A DNA stretch of 64,000 bases, taken from contig CBDFGQ010000006.1 of the NCBI GenBank assembly GCA_965247295.1, positions 235,868 through 299,867 on the forward strand, given 5' to 3'. The notes under the pieces were generated by a model. That model was not told the DNA's origin and did not search any database. It saw nothing but the letters and a program-made list of their open reading frames with translations. The first letter of the stretch is position 1. The number at the start of each line of letters is the position of its first letter. The translations under genes and the position numbers were made by a program. Shown in pieces: positions 9,791 through 18,342 of this stretch. The stretch is from Dehalococcoidia bacterium. Lineage in GTDB: Bacteria > Chloroflexota > Dehalococcoidia > Lucifugimonadales > JAGWBF01.

Positions 9791-11346
9791 TGGCACGGGT
9801 GACGGCGCAGGGAATAGAGCCCACGACGCTCCAGGGCTACATCGACGCGCTGGAGGCGGCGTTCCGGTCTGCGTTGGGCCAGGACATTGATCTGGCCCCG
9901 GAGACGCCGGCGGGCCAGTTGGTTGGTACCCTGGCCTTGACGCTGACGGAGGCGGACGAGGCGCTGGTTGCGGTGGGCAACGGCATGTCGCGCAGCAGGG
10001 CGCTGGGAGTCCAACTCGACGATCTGGGGTCTCTCTTGGGTATCCCGCGCCTGGAAGGAGAGACGGACGACGAGTACCGGGCCAGGTACGGAAGGCTCGT
10101 GGCCAGGAACGCCAGGGGTTCGGCTGAGGCGATACTGGCCGCAGTGCTTAGCGTCGAGGGTGTAACCGATGCACTAATCCGTGAGAACGCCACCGCCGCC
10201 GAGGTGACCGAGCAGGGCAAGACCATTGGCGCTCACTCGATCTGCCTGGTTGTAGACGGTGGCACGGACGAAGCTGTCGCAGCGGCGATAGCCCGGTCAA
10301 AGCCAGTAGGAACGGGCACCAGCGGAGAAACCAGCGTTGACGTGCCCCATGCCGGAGGCTGGAGCGTGCCCATCCGACTGTCCCGTGTCACCCCAGTCCC
10401 AATCAAAGTCAAGCTGGCCCTGACGCTGATGGCAGGCTTTCCTTCGGACGGCACGAGCCGGATCGTCATGCAGGTGGTAGACCATGTGATAGGGCTGGCC
10501 CTTGGGGAGCGCCTGACCGCACAGCGGCTCCTTGCCGACGTGCTGTTGGTGCCGGGACACACCGTGAACCTCGGTGTCGGGCGCAAGGCTGGCACGTTGC
10601 TCAGGGGCAGCGGTACTGTGGCGTCGCTGGATACGTTCCACGGACGCGCCACCGTGCTGACCGGGGGGAATCACAGTACTCTGGCGACGCTTCAAGGCAT
10701 CACCGCCGGTACCGTGACCTTCCTGAGCCAGACCGTGGCTGGCCTCGACTTCTCCTCCGACAATGACCTCGACGGGGTGGCTTCCACGCTCCAGACGGCG
10801 CTCCGGGCTACCAGCTCCACGGACCTGGACAATGTGGAGGTCACCCACGACGGCGCGGCGTTCGTGGTGACGTTGCCCCTGGACTCCGATGGGGCAGCCA
10901 CCACGGCAAGTACCGCTTTCACCGGGGACAACGCCGACGAGTTGGGCTTGGACACCGCAACCATCGTAGACGGAGTGGATGCCATCAGGAGCGGCACGAT
11001 CACGCTGCACGGTGCGACTGCATCCGGTTTGGACTTCGGCGCCGTGGCGAGCTACGACGGTGTGGCCACGGTAGTCAAGGGCGCGCTGCGGGGAACATCC
11101 AGTGCAGACCTGGACCAGGTAGAGGTGGCCTATGTGGATGGAGGGTTCGTGATCACCATTCCACTGGATGCCGACGGCAACCCCATTGTGGTGTCCGGCG
11201 CGGTGACTGGCGATACGGCTGACGAGCTGGGGCTGGATACCGTCGATACGGTCCAGGGCTCCGTCACCAGTCAGGACGACATCGAGTTGACCGAGCGGCT
11301 GACGGTTATCCCCGGAGACATCACCATCACGGTGTTGGCATCATGA
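9790..11346 (+). CDS. Baseplate J/gp47-like wedge protein with two inserted sheath-type domains
   Basis: ETPAGQLVG, GVQLDDLG, ETDDEYRAR, HSICLVVDGG..KPVGTGTSG; repeats at ~10700-11250. Confidence 0.85.
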   Translation: MARVTAQGIEPTTLQGYIDALEAAFRSALGQDIDLAPETPAGQLVGTLALTLTEADEALVAVGNGMSRSRALGVQLDDLGSLLGIPRLEGETDDEYRARYGRLVARNARGSAEAILAAVLSVEGVTDALIRENATAAEVTEQGKTIGAHSICLVVDGGTDEAVAAAIARSKPVGTGTSGETSVDVPHAGGWSVPIRLSRVTPVPIKVKLALTLMAGFPSDGTSRIVMQVVDHVIGLALGERLTAQRLLADVLLVPGHTVNLGVGRKAGTLLRGSGTVASLDTFHGRATVLTGGNHSTLATLQGITAGTVTFLSQTVAGLDFSSDNDLDGVASTLQTALRATSSTDLDNVEVTHDGAAFVVTLPLDSDGAATTASTAFTGDNADELGLDTATIVDGVDAIRSGTITLHGATASGLDFGAVASYDGVATVVKGALRGTSSADLDQVEVAYVDGGFVITIPLDADGNPIVVSGAVTGDTADELGLDTVDTVQGSVTSQDDIELTERLTVIPGDITITVLAS

Positions 11347-12425
11347 GCGACCTGGCCAAGCGGATCGACGTTCACGCCCATGCTGGCCTGCTGATCCAGC
11401 AGTGGCAACAGGCTCCGCGTATGCGCGCCCTGGTGGATGCGCTCCAAGGAGTGATGGACGATCACCTGATCAGGCCGTTGGCGGACATGGAGGAACTCCT
11501 CCGCATTGACACCGCTGAAGGTTTCTGGCTGGACTGTATTGGAGAACGGCTGATGCTTCCGCGTCCGGCGACGGACATCGCCAACTTTGCCTCTTTTGGT
11601 TTCCACGGCTCAGGTGGTGTCGGCTTCGACCAGGGTCCGTTCGCCACGGTGGTTGAGGCGTTGTCGACCAGGGTGCCGGTGGGAGACGAGTTCTACCGGA
11701 AGCTGCTTATGATGCGGGCGGAGGCGCTGCTTGCGGACGGTACGGTGGAGCGTCTTAGCGATGCGGTGGGGCATGTGTTCCCTGGGGTGAGCTATAGGGA
11801 CGGTGGCGACATGACGGCGGAGGTCCAGGGAGCGTACCAGGGCCTCGACTCCCGGAGCCTCCTGGAGGCGCTCGATATCGCTGGGGGGTTGCCTTCTCCG
11901 GCGGGTGTCGAGCTGTCTAGGGTCGTGTGGGAGTACGTGGTCGGTGGAGACTGTGAGGGAGACGAGCCGCCGGTTGTGGCGGGCCATACTTCTAGCCATA
12001 CCAACGTTAGCGAGTACGAACGGAGCGACGAGCAGGCCCACTCCGGCAGCCACAGTTGGAAGATCACGGTTGCACAGGGCGCTTCAGATTCGGCAAGCGT
12101 CTTCATTGGTTTCAACGTCGCATACGCCGACCTACTGCCTATGACCCAAATCACCTTCTCGGCGTGGGTCTACGTCCCCGCGAGCGACCTGCTCCTCTCC
12201 GATGTGGAGCTAGAGCTAATGTGCGGCGAGGTGGATTCAGAGGGCGCCACCACATGGGAGAATACGAGATCGGAGAACCCAGCGGCCTATGACTCCTGGG
12301 AATATCTCGAAGCCGCGACGACTATCTCCGCCGCTTGTCAGAACATCCGGCTGGCTTTGAGAGTCACCGACCGTTCGGCCCCGCACGTGCTTTATTGGGA
12401 CGACATTAGCTTCAGGAGTGAGTAG
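11343..12425 (+). CDS. DUF2612-like wedge protein fused to a carbohydrate-binding-like beta-sandwich
   Basis: IDTAEGFWLDCIG..FGF..GFDQGPF..DEFYRKLL; C-terminus QAHSGSHSWKIT..TFSAWVYVP..LYWDDISF. Confidence 0.7.
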   Translation: MSDLAKRIDVHAHAGLLIQQWQQAPRMRALVDALQGVMDDHLIRPLADMEELLRIDTAEGFWLDCIGERLMLPRPATDIANFASFGFHGSGGVGFDQGPFATVVEALSTRVPVGDEFYRKLLMMRAEALLADGTVERLSDAVGHVFPGVSYRDGGDMTAEVQGAYQGLDSRSLLEALDIAGGLPSPAGVELSRVVWEYVVGGDCEGDEPPVVAGHTSSHTNVSEYERSDEQAHSGSHSWKITVAQGASDSASVFIGFNVAYADLLPMTQITFSAWVYVPASDLLLSDVELELMCGEVDSEGATTWENTRSENPAAYDSWEYLEAATTISAACQNIRLALRVTDRSAPHVLYWDDISFRSE

Positions 12426-12427
12426 TC

Positions 12428-12979
12428 ATGGCAAGAGACCCGGACGCACTAAAAATCGGTAAGTGGGCAGCCACAGGGGACGTTGAGGACCCGGAGGACG
12501 GTGGGATAGACCGCTCTATTGGCTGGGACATCAGCCACTCCCAGCCCGGAGGCGCGCTTCCCAAGCGGGAGCACTTAAACGAGCTGCATAGAGAGGAGAC
12601 CGCCCTGGGAGTGGAGATCAACGTCCACGGCGCAGGGCTTGAGTGGGACTCCTCGATCTCATACGAGCATCCGGCGCTGGTAACGGGCAGCGATGCCCTG
12701 CTGTACGTAAGCGTCCAGGACTCCACCAACGTCGATCCGGTTACCGACAGCGGCGAGTCCCATTGGAAGCCACTGAATACGTCGCCCCCCAACGCCTCCA
12801 CCACAGGGCGCGGGATTGTGGAGCTTGCCACTGACGATGAGGTAGCGGCAGGAACGGATACTGAGAGGGCCATTACACCCGCAGGCCTGGCCTCTCTGGG
12901 GTACCGCAAGGTCACGGTGAGCGACTCCGCGCCCACCAGCTCGGACGGGAACGACGGCGACGTGTGGCTGGAGTATTAG
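12428..12979 (+). CDS. Tail fibre proximal protein
   Basis: EWDSSISY, ASTTGRGIVELAT..AITP fibre repeat, APTSSDGNDGDVWLEY. Confidence 0.75.
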   Translation: MARDPDALKIGKWAATGDVEDPEDGGIDRSIGWDISHSQPGGALPKREHLNELHREETALGVEINVHGAGLEWDSSISYEHPALVTGSDALLYVSVQDSTNVDPVTDSGESHWKPLNTSPPNASTTGRGIVELATDDEVAAGTDTERAITPAGLASLGYRKVTVSDSAPTSSDGNDGDVWLEY

Positions 12980-12981
12980 CG

Positions 12982-13500
12982 ATGCCATTAAAGGTCAAGA
13001 TTGACGGGACGTGGCAGGCGGCGACCGCCAAGGTGAAGGTAGCCGGGATATGGAAGGCAGCCCATTCTTGGACCAAGGTCAGTGGGACGTGGCGAAGGGA
13101 CACTCGCGACTTCGACCTCGCCACCGGCAACAACGCTCCCCGTGGCATAGCCTGGGATGGAGCATACTTCTACGTGGTGGACAGCATCGACTATAAGGTG
13201 TACGTCTACGATGCCGATGGGGACCACCAGTCAGGCCGAGACTTCCTCCTCGTCAGCGGCAACACCACGCCCGAGGGCATAGCCTGGGATGGAGCATACT
13301 TCTACGTGGTGGACTACGTCGACGATAAGGTGTACGTCTACGACGCCCATAGTAGCTACCAGTCAGGCCGAGCCTTCCTCCTCGTCAGCGGCAACACCAC
13401 GCCCGAGGGCATAGCCTGGGATGGAGCATACTTCTACGTGGTGGACTACATCGACGATAAGGTGTACGTCTACGATGCCGATGGGGACTATGTAGGTTAG
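12982..13500 (+). CDS. Fibre-tip/receptor-binding protein with three 44-aa beta-propeller-like blades
   Basis: N-terminal KV.G.WK repeats, then GIAWDGAYFYVVD...KVYVYD three times. Confidence 0.65.
   Translation: MPLKVKIDGTWQAATAKVKVAGIWKAAHSWTKVSGTWRRDTRDFDLATGNNAPRGIAWDGAYFYVVDSIDYKVYVYDADGDHQSGRDFLLVSGNTTPEGIAWDGAYFYVVDYVDDKVYVYDAHSSYQSGRAFLLVSGNTTPEGIAWDGAYFYVVDYIDDKVYVYDADGDYVG
13144..13497 (+). repeat. 132-bp tandem repeat (~2.7 copies)
   Basis: ggcatagcctgggatggagcatacttctacgtggtggac recurs at 13144, 13276 and 13408. Confidence 0.95.
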
Positions 13501-13508
13501 TCTTTCAC

Positions 13509-13787
13509 ATGACTACGATAGAAGAACGGGTAGCCTCCCTCGAGAATCTTTTCCAGCAGGGACGACAGGAACACAAGGACATCGCCGCCACACTGGAGAG
13601 GCTGGCAGCCCAGGTCTCCAAGCTTGAGGTCTACCTGGCCAACAGCAACGGTGGCCTGACGCTCTCGGTACGGGACAAACGGGTGAAGTTCGCCGGGTCT
13701 ATGGCACTGCCCTGGTCGCTGACCCTGGTCGGTGGTGGCAGCGGTGGTGTAGGCTGGCTCCTGGGACGGGTGTTCGGGGCCTGGTAG
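13509..13787 (+). CDS. Coiled-coil protein with C-terminal hydrophobic tail (holin/XhlA-like?)
   Basis: IEERVASLE coiled coil, Gly-rich hydrophobic C-terminus; last phage gene. Confidence 0.45.
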   Translation: MTTIEERVASLENLFQQGRQEHKDIAATLERLAAQVSKLEVYLANSNGGLTLSVRDKRVKFAGSMALPWSLTLVGGGSGGVGWLLGRVFGAW

Positions 13788-13798
13788 TTCACGCAAAC

Positions 13799-13821
13799 TT
13801 GTAAATCTATTTGTAAATCTA
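13799..13821. repeat. Tandem direct repeat TTGTAAATCTA x2 (candidate integrase arm sites)
   Basis: Exact 11-mer twice with 12-bp period in an AT-rich stretch next to the tRNA remnant. Confidence 0.45.
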
Positions 13822-13921
13822 CTCCGTTACACCCTGTTTTACTTAACCCACTTTTAGCTTTGGAGAGGACGGGGCGGGGTATGCGGTTTGTAGCTAATTG
13901 CGCTCAGTTGTTCTACGGCTA

Positions 13922-13965
13922 ACGGTTTTCAAGACCACTGCGTTTGCCATTTTCGCCACCTCGGC
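13922..13965 (-). pseudogene. tRNA 5'-half remnant with UGA (Ser) anticodon; candidate att site
   Basis: Minus strand reads GCCGAGG TG GCG AAAATGGCAAA CGC A GTGGT CTTGAAA ACCGT; no T-arm or 3' acceptor strand follows. Confidence 0.6.
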
Positions 13966-14022
13966 ACGGCTGCTCAGCGGCGTGGCTATTGCTTAGTAGG
14001 CTGGCCACGCCGCGACTTATAT

Positions 14023-14553
14023 TTACAGAGGGAGTTTTTTAAACGTCTTATTAAGAGACTGGACGAAGGACAACACTCCATCTGAATCGGCTATTTTGTA
14101 GCGGCCAAACCCTTCTTTATTGACTCCACCCAGGTTAATCAATGCGGCGTTCACTTCTCGTTGTGGCGTAGACGACTTGAAATCGTAGCCGCCATCCTCA
14201 AGTCTTTGCGTAATTCCTTCCAGAAACAAGGCTGGGTCATACTTCAGTTCCCCCTTTGGGTCAAAGGCATCTGCCACGTCCATTGCGTAAGAACGAAGTA
14301 CCAGTATGATGGCGTCGCCCAACTGGGTTCCAACATACTTGAGGTCTTCGTGGTCAGATTCCCACTGCCACCATGCATCTCCCCCGCCGATCATCGGTAC
14401 AGCCAGTTCCTTTATCTTCGCAAATTTTTCTCGTGCCAACTCATATCTGACGCGAGCCACATCATACAAACGCTTGGCCTCGTTGTATTCGGCGGCAGCG
14501 GCATTCAATTCTTCGAGGGTAGCAGCTATCCGAGCATTGCGAGTCGTCGCCAT
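14023..14553 (-). CDS. Hypothetical protein, N-terminal coiled coil plus possible winged-helix
   Basis: 176-aa ORF, GGAGG RBS, AT-richer than the flanks. Confidence 0.7.
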   Translation of the reverse strand: MATTRNARIAATLEELNAAAAEYNEAKRLYDVARVRYELAREKFAKIKELAVPMIGGGDAWWQWESDHEDLKYVGTQLGDAIILVLRSYAMDVADAFDPKGELKYDPALFLEGITQRLEDGGYDFKSSTPQREVNAALINLGGVNKEGFGRYKIADSDGVLSFVQSLNKTFKKLPL

Positions 14554-14594
14554 GTCTTACCTCCCGCATAACAGTCTAACATAGGAACGATGGA

Positions 14595-14792
14595 ATGTCC
14601 AACAGTGAAAGTTTCAACATTCACTCCGAATTAGAGAGTGCCGCAGCAGAATACGTGCTGTCCAAGGAACAATTTGAGTCAGCAGCAGCGACGTTAGCAA
14701 CGTCTGAGGAGAACGTAGACGAAATTCTTGCTCGTCTACGGAAGGCAATTATCAAGGCTGACAGGTGGCCGACTTTTGGAACAGGTCAATGA
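14595..14792 (+). CDS. Small hypothetical coiled-coil protein
   Basis: 65-aa ORF, AGGA RBS, divergent from 14553. Confidence 0.45.
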   Translation: MSNSESFNIHSELESAAAEYVLSKEQFESAAATLATSEENVDEILARLRKAIIKADRWPTFGTGQ

Positions 14793-14888
14793 CTTTAGGA
14801 ACAAGTGTGACTAATGGAGCAAAGCCCATCGATGGGGGAAGGCTAAGGTGGGGGTGACGAAGAGTTCTGTGCTCTGCCCAAGGACTAG

Positions 14889-16256
14889 CAGGCTGCTGAA
14901 GAAAGGGTTCTATGGTCGCGAAACGACCTGGTAATAGCTCATATCGTTGCTCGATGAGTGCTTTGGGAAGGTCTGAAGCCACTTTCCTGGGTTGCAGGAG
15001 TTCCCTTTTCGCCCCTGTCAGGGCGTTGAGGGCAGACTCCGTCCTTGGGAAGTCATGCTGCCTGCAGGACCGGAGCCTCCTGTAGCTGGGTCATGAGCAG
15101 CTTGGCCATCCGCACCAGGTTATACGCAGTGGCCACCAGGTAGCCTGCTAGTCCCGTCTTGTCCACCCCTCGATACCTGGTCTTCCGAAACCCACCGACC
15201 GTCTTCATCCACCCGAAGATCTCCTCCACCCGCTTTCGTATTCGCTGGCTCACCCGGTAGCCCGGATGCCGGGTTGTCCGCCCGTCGATGGCGCTGCGCC
15301 GGCCACTGGTGTTCTGGGCCACGTGAGCCGTGACCCTTCGGTTGCGCATCGCTTCCACACAATCCCGCGTGTCGTAGTTCTTGTCCCCACCCAGGGTCCT
15401 GGGGTGGAAGCCCCGCTCCTTCGCCCCCTCCAGGAGCTTCGGGACCGCATCTCGCTCCGCCGTCCCGCTCGCCTCGCTCACCTGGAAGTCCGTCAGCAGC
15501 CCGTTCCGGTTCTCCATCAGGGCGTGGGCCATGAACACCAGCTTGGCTTCCTTCCCTTTGCCTTTCCGAAACAATCGGGCTTCCGGGTCCGTGGTGCTTT
15601 GGTGGGTCTTATTGCGCCGTTTCTCCCCGTGAAAGTCCACCGACGGGTTGCCGGGGTCCCCGTCGTCCGAGGCCGGCTCTCCCCCTTTGGACTTGAAACT
15701 TTTCAGACTGGCCGCCGCCTCAATCAGCGTCCCATCCACGGTGAAGTGCTCGTCCGAGAGTAAGCCGTGCCGGTCGGCCCCCACCAGGACCGTGGCAAAC
15801 AGCTGTTGCCCCACTGCGTGCTCCAGCAGCCGCTGCCGGTTCTTGGTGAACACCGTCGGGTCAAAGCTGGACTCCAGGAGGTTCATATCCAGGAACCAAC
15901 GATACAGCATGTTGTAGTCCAACTCCTCGCAGAACGCCCGCTCGCTGCGCACGGAAAACAGGGCGATGAGCAGCGAGGCCTTGAGTAGGCGCTCCGGTGG
16001 GATGGAGGGCCGCCCTACCTCGGCATACATCCGGTCAAACTCGGAGGACAGCTCCCGGAGGGCCTCATCCGCCAGCGCCTTGATAGTCCGCAAGGGATGG
16101 TCCGGCGGCACCCGCCCGTCCATATCCACGAAGGTCAACATGGGGACCTGGGGCTCCTGGCATCCGCGCATTGGGGCACCTCCAAAGATGGTCTGCCCCT
16201 ATTTTATCCCAGAAGAGCCTCGGATACACCGTGAACAAGAGTTTTTCCGCAGCCTG
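14889..16256 (-). mobile_element. IS5-family insertion sequence with CTAG target duplication
   Basis: TIRs CAGGCTGCTGAAGAAA / CAGGCTGCGGAAAAAC; CTAG at 14885-14888 and 16257-16260. Confidence 0.9.
15053..16171 (-). CDS. IS5-family DDE transposase
   Basis: HPLRTIK, GRPSIPPERLL, FTVDGTLIEA, GDKNYD, RKRVEEIFGWMK. Confidence 0.93.
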   Translation of the reverse strand: MRGCQEPQVPMLTFVDMDGRVPPDHPLRTIKALADEALRELSSEFDRMYAEVGRPSIPPERLLKASLLIALFSVRSERAFCEELDYNMLYRWFLDMNLLESSFDPTVFTKNRQRLLEHAVGQQLFATVLVGADRHGLLSDEHFTVDGTLIEAAASLKSFKSKGGEPASDDGDPGNPSVDFHGEKRRNKTHQSTTDPEARLFRKGKGKEAKLVFMAHALMENRNGLLTDFQVSEASGTAERDAVPKLLEGAKERGFHPRTLGGDKNYDTRDCVEAMRNRRVTAHVAQNTSGRRSAIDGRTTRHPGYRVSQRIRKRVEEIFGWMKTVGGFRKTRYRGVDKTGLAGYLVATAYNLVRMAKLLMTQLQEAPVLQAA

Positions 16257-16390
16257 CTAGAAGATCAATGGAGGCGTGTCGAAGAATAATGAGGACTAAA
16301 AGAAGCTTTAAACCCGCCGCACGCGGGGCACCAAAATACGTCCATCACGACCCCGCAGTTTCGGGAGCCCGATGGGATTGCAGACGGGAT

Positions 16391-17371
16391 CTAATCTATG
16401 CCCATCTCCTGCTTCACCTCTCGCACCGCCTGGACCATGTTCCGTAGCTTACCTATTGCCTCCTCTTCCAGGCGGGTCTTGAGGCCGCAGTCGGGGTCTA
16501 TGTAAAGTCTCTCGGGGGGCATGAGCTCCAGGCCCCTCTTGATCCCCGCTTTCATCTCCTCGACCCCTTCCACCAGGTGGGAATGCACGTCGCTCACCCC
16601 CATGGAAAGGGACTTGTCCGGGGGGAGAGGCCTTTCCCTGAAAACGTCCAGGAGGTCGTAGCCGCTATTCGACGTCTCGAGGTCCAGATTGTTCACGGGC
16701 AGACGGACCAGATGGTCGTAGACGAGGGCGAAGTCGCCGTAGCAGATGTGGGTGATGGTGAAGGCATCCAGCCCGCTGGTGACGATGCCCAGGGCCCTGG
16801 AGGCCAGCTCCATCTCCTCGGGTCGAGTCGATACAGCGGGCTCGTCTATCTGGATGTAAGGAGCCCCGGCCCGCTCCAGGTCCACGGCCTCCTCGTGCAC
16901 TACCCGGGCCATCTCCAAAATGAACTCCTCACGTGTGGAATAGTATTCGTTGAACGACCAATCCGCCATCGTGTAGGGACCCGTGAGCATCCCTTTGACG
17001 GGCTTGCTGGTGAGGCTCTGGGCGTACTGCCACCACTCCAGGGTTATCGAGGCTTTCCTGCCGATGGGCGCAACGGCGATGGGCTTGCGATAGTAGCGGT
17101 TGCCGTAGGACCGCACCAGGTCACTTATCCTGAACCCCTCCATGTTTTCCGAGAAGTAGGTAACCATGTCTCCCCGGTACATCTCGCCGTCCACAAGGAT
17201 GTCCATCCCAAGGTCTTCCTGTACCTTTATCCAGTGGGCCGTGGCCTGCCGCTCCAGCTGGCGAAGCTCCGCGGGGTCCATCTTGCCTCTGGCCACCTGG
17301 GTGCGGGCGCGGTTTATATAATCGGGTTTGGGATAGCTACCGACAGCGGTAGTCAGCAGTCCACGTGTCAT
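16391..17371 (-). CDS. metE: Cobalamin-independent methionine synthase, catalytic (Zn-binding) half
   Basis: VGSYPKP, DGEMYRGDMV, KGMLTGPYT, IQIDEPA, THICYG, DPDCGLKT. Confidence 0.88.
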   Translation of the reverse strand: MTRGLLTTAVGSYPKPDYINRARTQVARGKMDPAELRQLERQATAHWIKVQEDLGMDILVDGEMYRGDMVTYFSENMEGFRISDLVRSYGNRYYRKPIAVAPIGRKASITLEWWQYAQSLTSKPVKGMLTGPYTMADWSFNEYYSTREEFILEMARVVHEEAVDLERAGAPYIQIDEPAVSTRPEEMELASRALGIVTSGLDAFTITHICYGDFALVYDHLVRLPVNNLDLETSNSGYDLLDVFRERPLPPDKSLSMGVSDVHSHLVEGVEEMKAGIKRGLELMPPERLYIDPDCGLKTRLEEEAIGKLRNMVQAVREVKQEMGID

Positions 17372-18342
17372 GCCAGGACCTCCCGGGCCGCTCTCGCGCC
17401 CTCCACCAACCTTTCCAGCTTTGCCAGGGCCGTCTGCCTGGGCAAGTACTCCAGGCCGGCACTTGGATTCACGTACAGCCTATCCAAAGGTATGCTCTGG
17501 GCCAGGGCCCTGATAGAATCCACAACCTGGACCACGGTCTCCATCCTGGTATTCCGGGCATCCACGATGCCCGCCCCCAGCTCCTTGTCGGAAGGCAGCT
17601 CCCCTATCAATTCGTAGTTGGCCTCCCCCATAACGAAGTCAAGGCCGAAGACCTGGAAGGGCAACTGGAAGAACTCGCGATGTATGCCTGACACGTCCCC
17701 GAAGTAGGTATAGATGGCAGTCTTGACCCCCAATCCCCGGGTAACCACGCCGGAGGCCTCCTGGAGCAGGGAGAAGTCTCCCTTGTACTTCAATATGGCG
17801 GGCTCATCGAATTGGATGATGGTGGCCCCGGCATCTTGAAGGGCCAGGGCTTCCTGGTTCAGTATCTTGGCCAGGTCCATTACCAGGGAGGCGCGATCGC
17901 CGTAGCACCCCTGCTGGGACAGGTACCCCAGGGTAAAGGGACCGGTTATAACCGGCTTCACCGGCTTAGAGCTGGCCCCCTGGGCGAGCTTGAAGTCATT
18001 CAGGGTGATGGGCCCTTGCCATTCCAGCTTGTCCTCAGGCACGGGCTGCCGCAGATAGGTGTTGGTGTCGAAGTACCTGAGGAGCCCGTTTATCGCGAGG
18101 CCCTTTATCCGGCGGGCGAAATAGGCGTGCCCATCGTCCCAGCGAATCTGGCCATCGGTGACGAGGTCTAATCCCGCACCCACCTGCTCCTCAATGGCCT
18201 CCTTGATAACCTCGTCGGCCACCGCATCCAGCTCTTCCTGGGTTATCTGTTCCGTATCGAACCGTGAGATGGCGCGTCTGAGGTTCGGCGCGCCGGGTCG
18301 GGTGGACAGCTTAGGGTAGTTGCCTACCACGGTAGTAATCAA
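17368..18342 (-). CDS. MetE N-terminal-like half (no Zn ligands)
   Basis: RYFDTNTYLRQP, TGPFTL, YTYFG, GIVDARNT, NPSAGLEYLP; overlaps partner by 4 bp. Confidence 0.85.
   Translation of the reverse strand: MITTVVGNYPKLSTRPGAPNLRRAISRFDTEQITQEELDAVADEVIKEAIEEQVGAGLDLVTDGQIRWDDGHAYFARRIKGLAINGLLRYFDTNTYLRQPVPEDKLEWQGPITLNDFKLAQGASSKPVKPVITGPFTLGYLSQQGCYGDRASLVMDLAKILNQEALALQDAGATIIQFDEPAILKYKGDFSLLQEASGVVTRGLGVKTAIYTYFGDVSGIHREFFQLPFQVFGLDFVMGEANYELIGELPSDKELGAGIVDARNTRMETVVQVVDSIRALAQSIPLDRLYVNPSAGLEYLPRQTALAKLERLVEGARAAREVLA

Larger units (their letters stand above)
1..13965 (+). mobile_element. Prophage (contractile-tail morphogenesis module), right end; probably defective
   Basis: Co-oriented, overlapping sheath-tube-chaperone-tape measure-hub-spike-baseplate-fibre genes; ends at a tRNA remnant. 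The left part lies outside the window. Confidence 0.88.

Noticed and set aside
13144..13497. Possible CRISPR array
   Set aside because: 132-bp in-frame coding repeats with no unique spacers; no cas genes.
13861..13965. Intact tRNA ending in CCA
   Set aside because: No T-arm (GTTCRA) and the 3' end does not pair with GCCGAGG.
16577..17617. Long antisense ORFs (also 28460-29503, 37347-38249, 38531-39352, 44240-45166, 50849-51661, 60953-61798)
   Set aside because: They lie opposite well-supported genes; expected in high-GC coding DNA.
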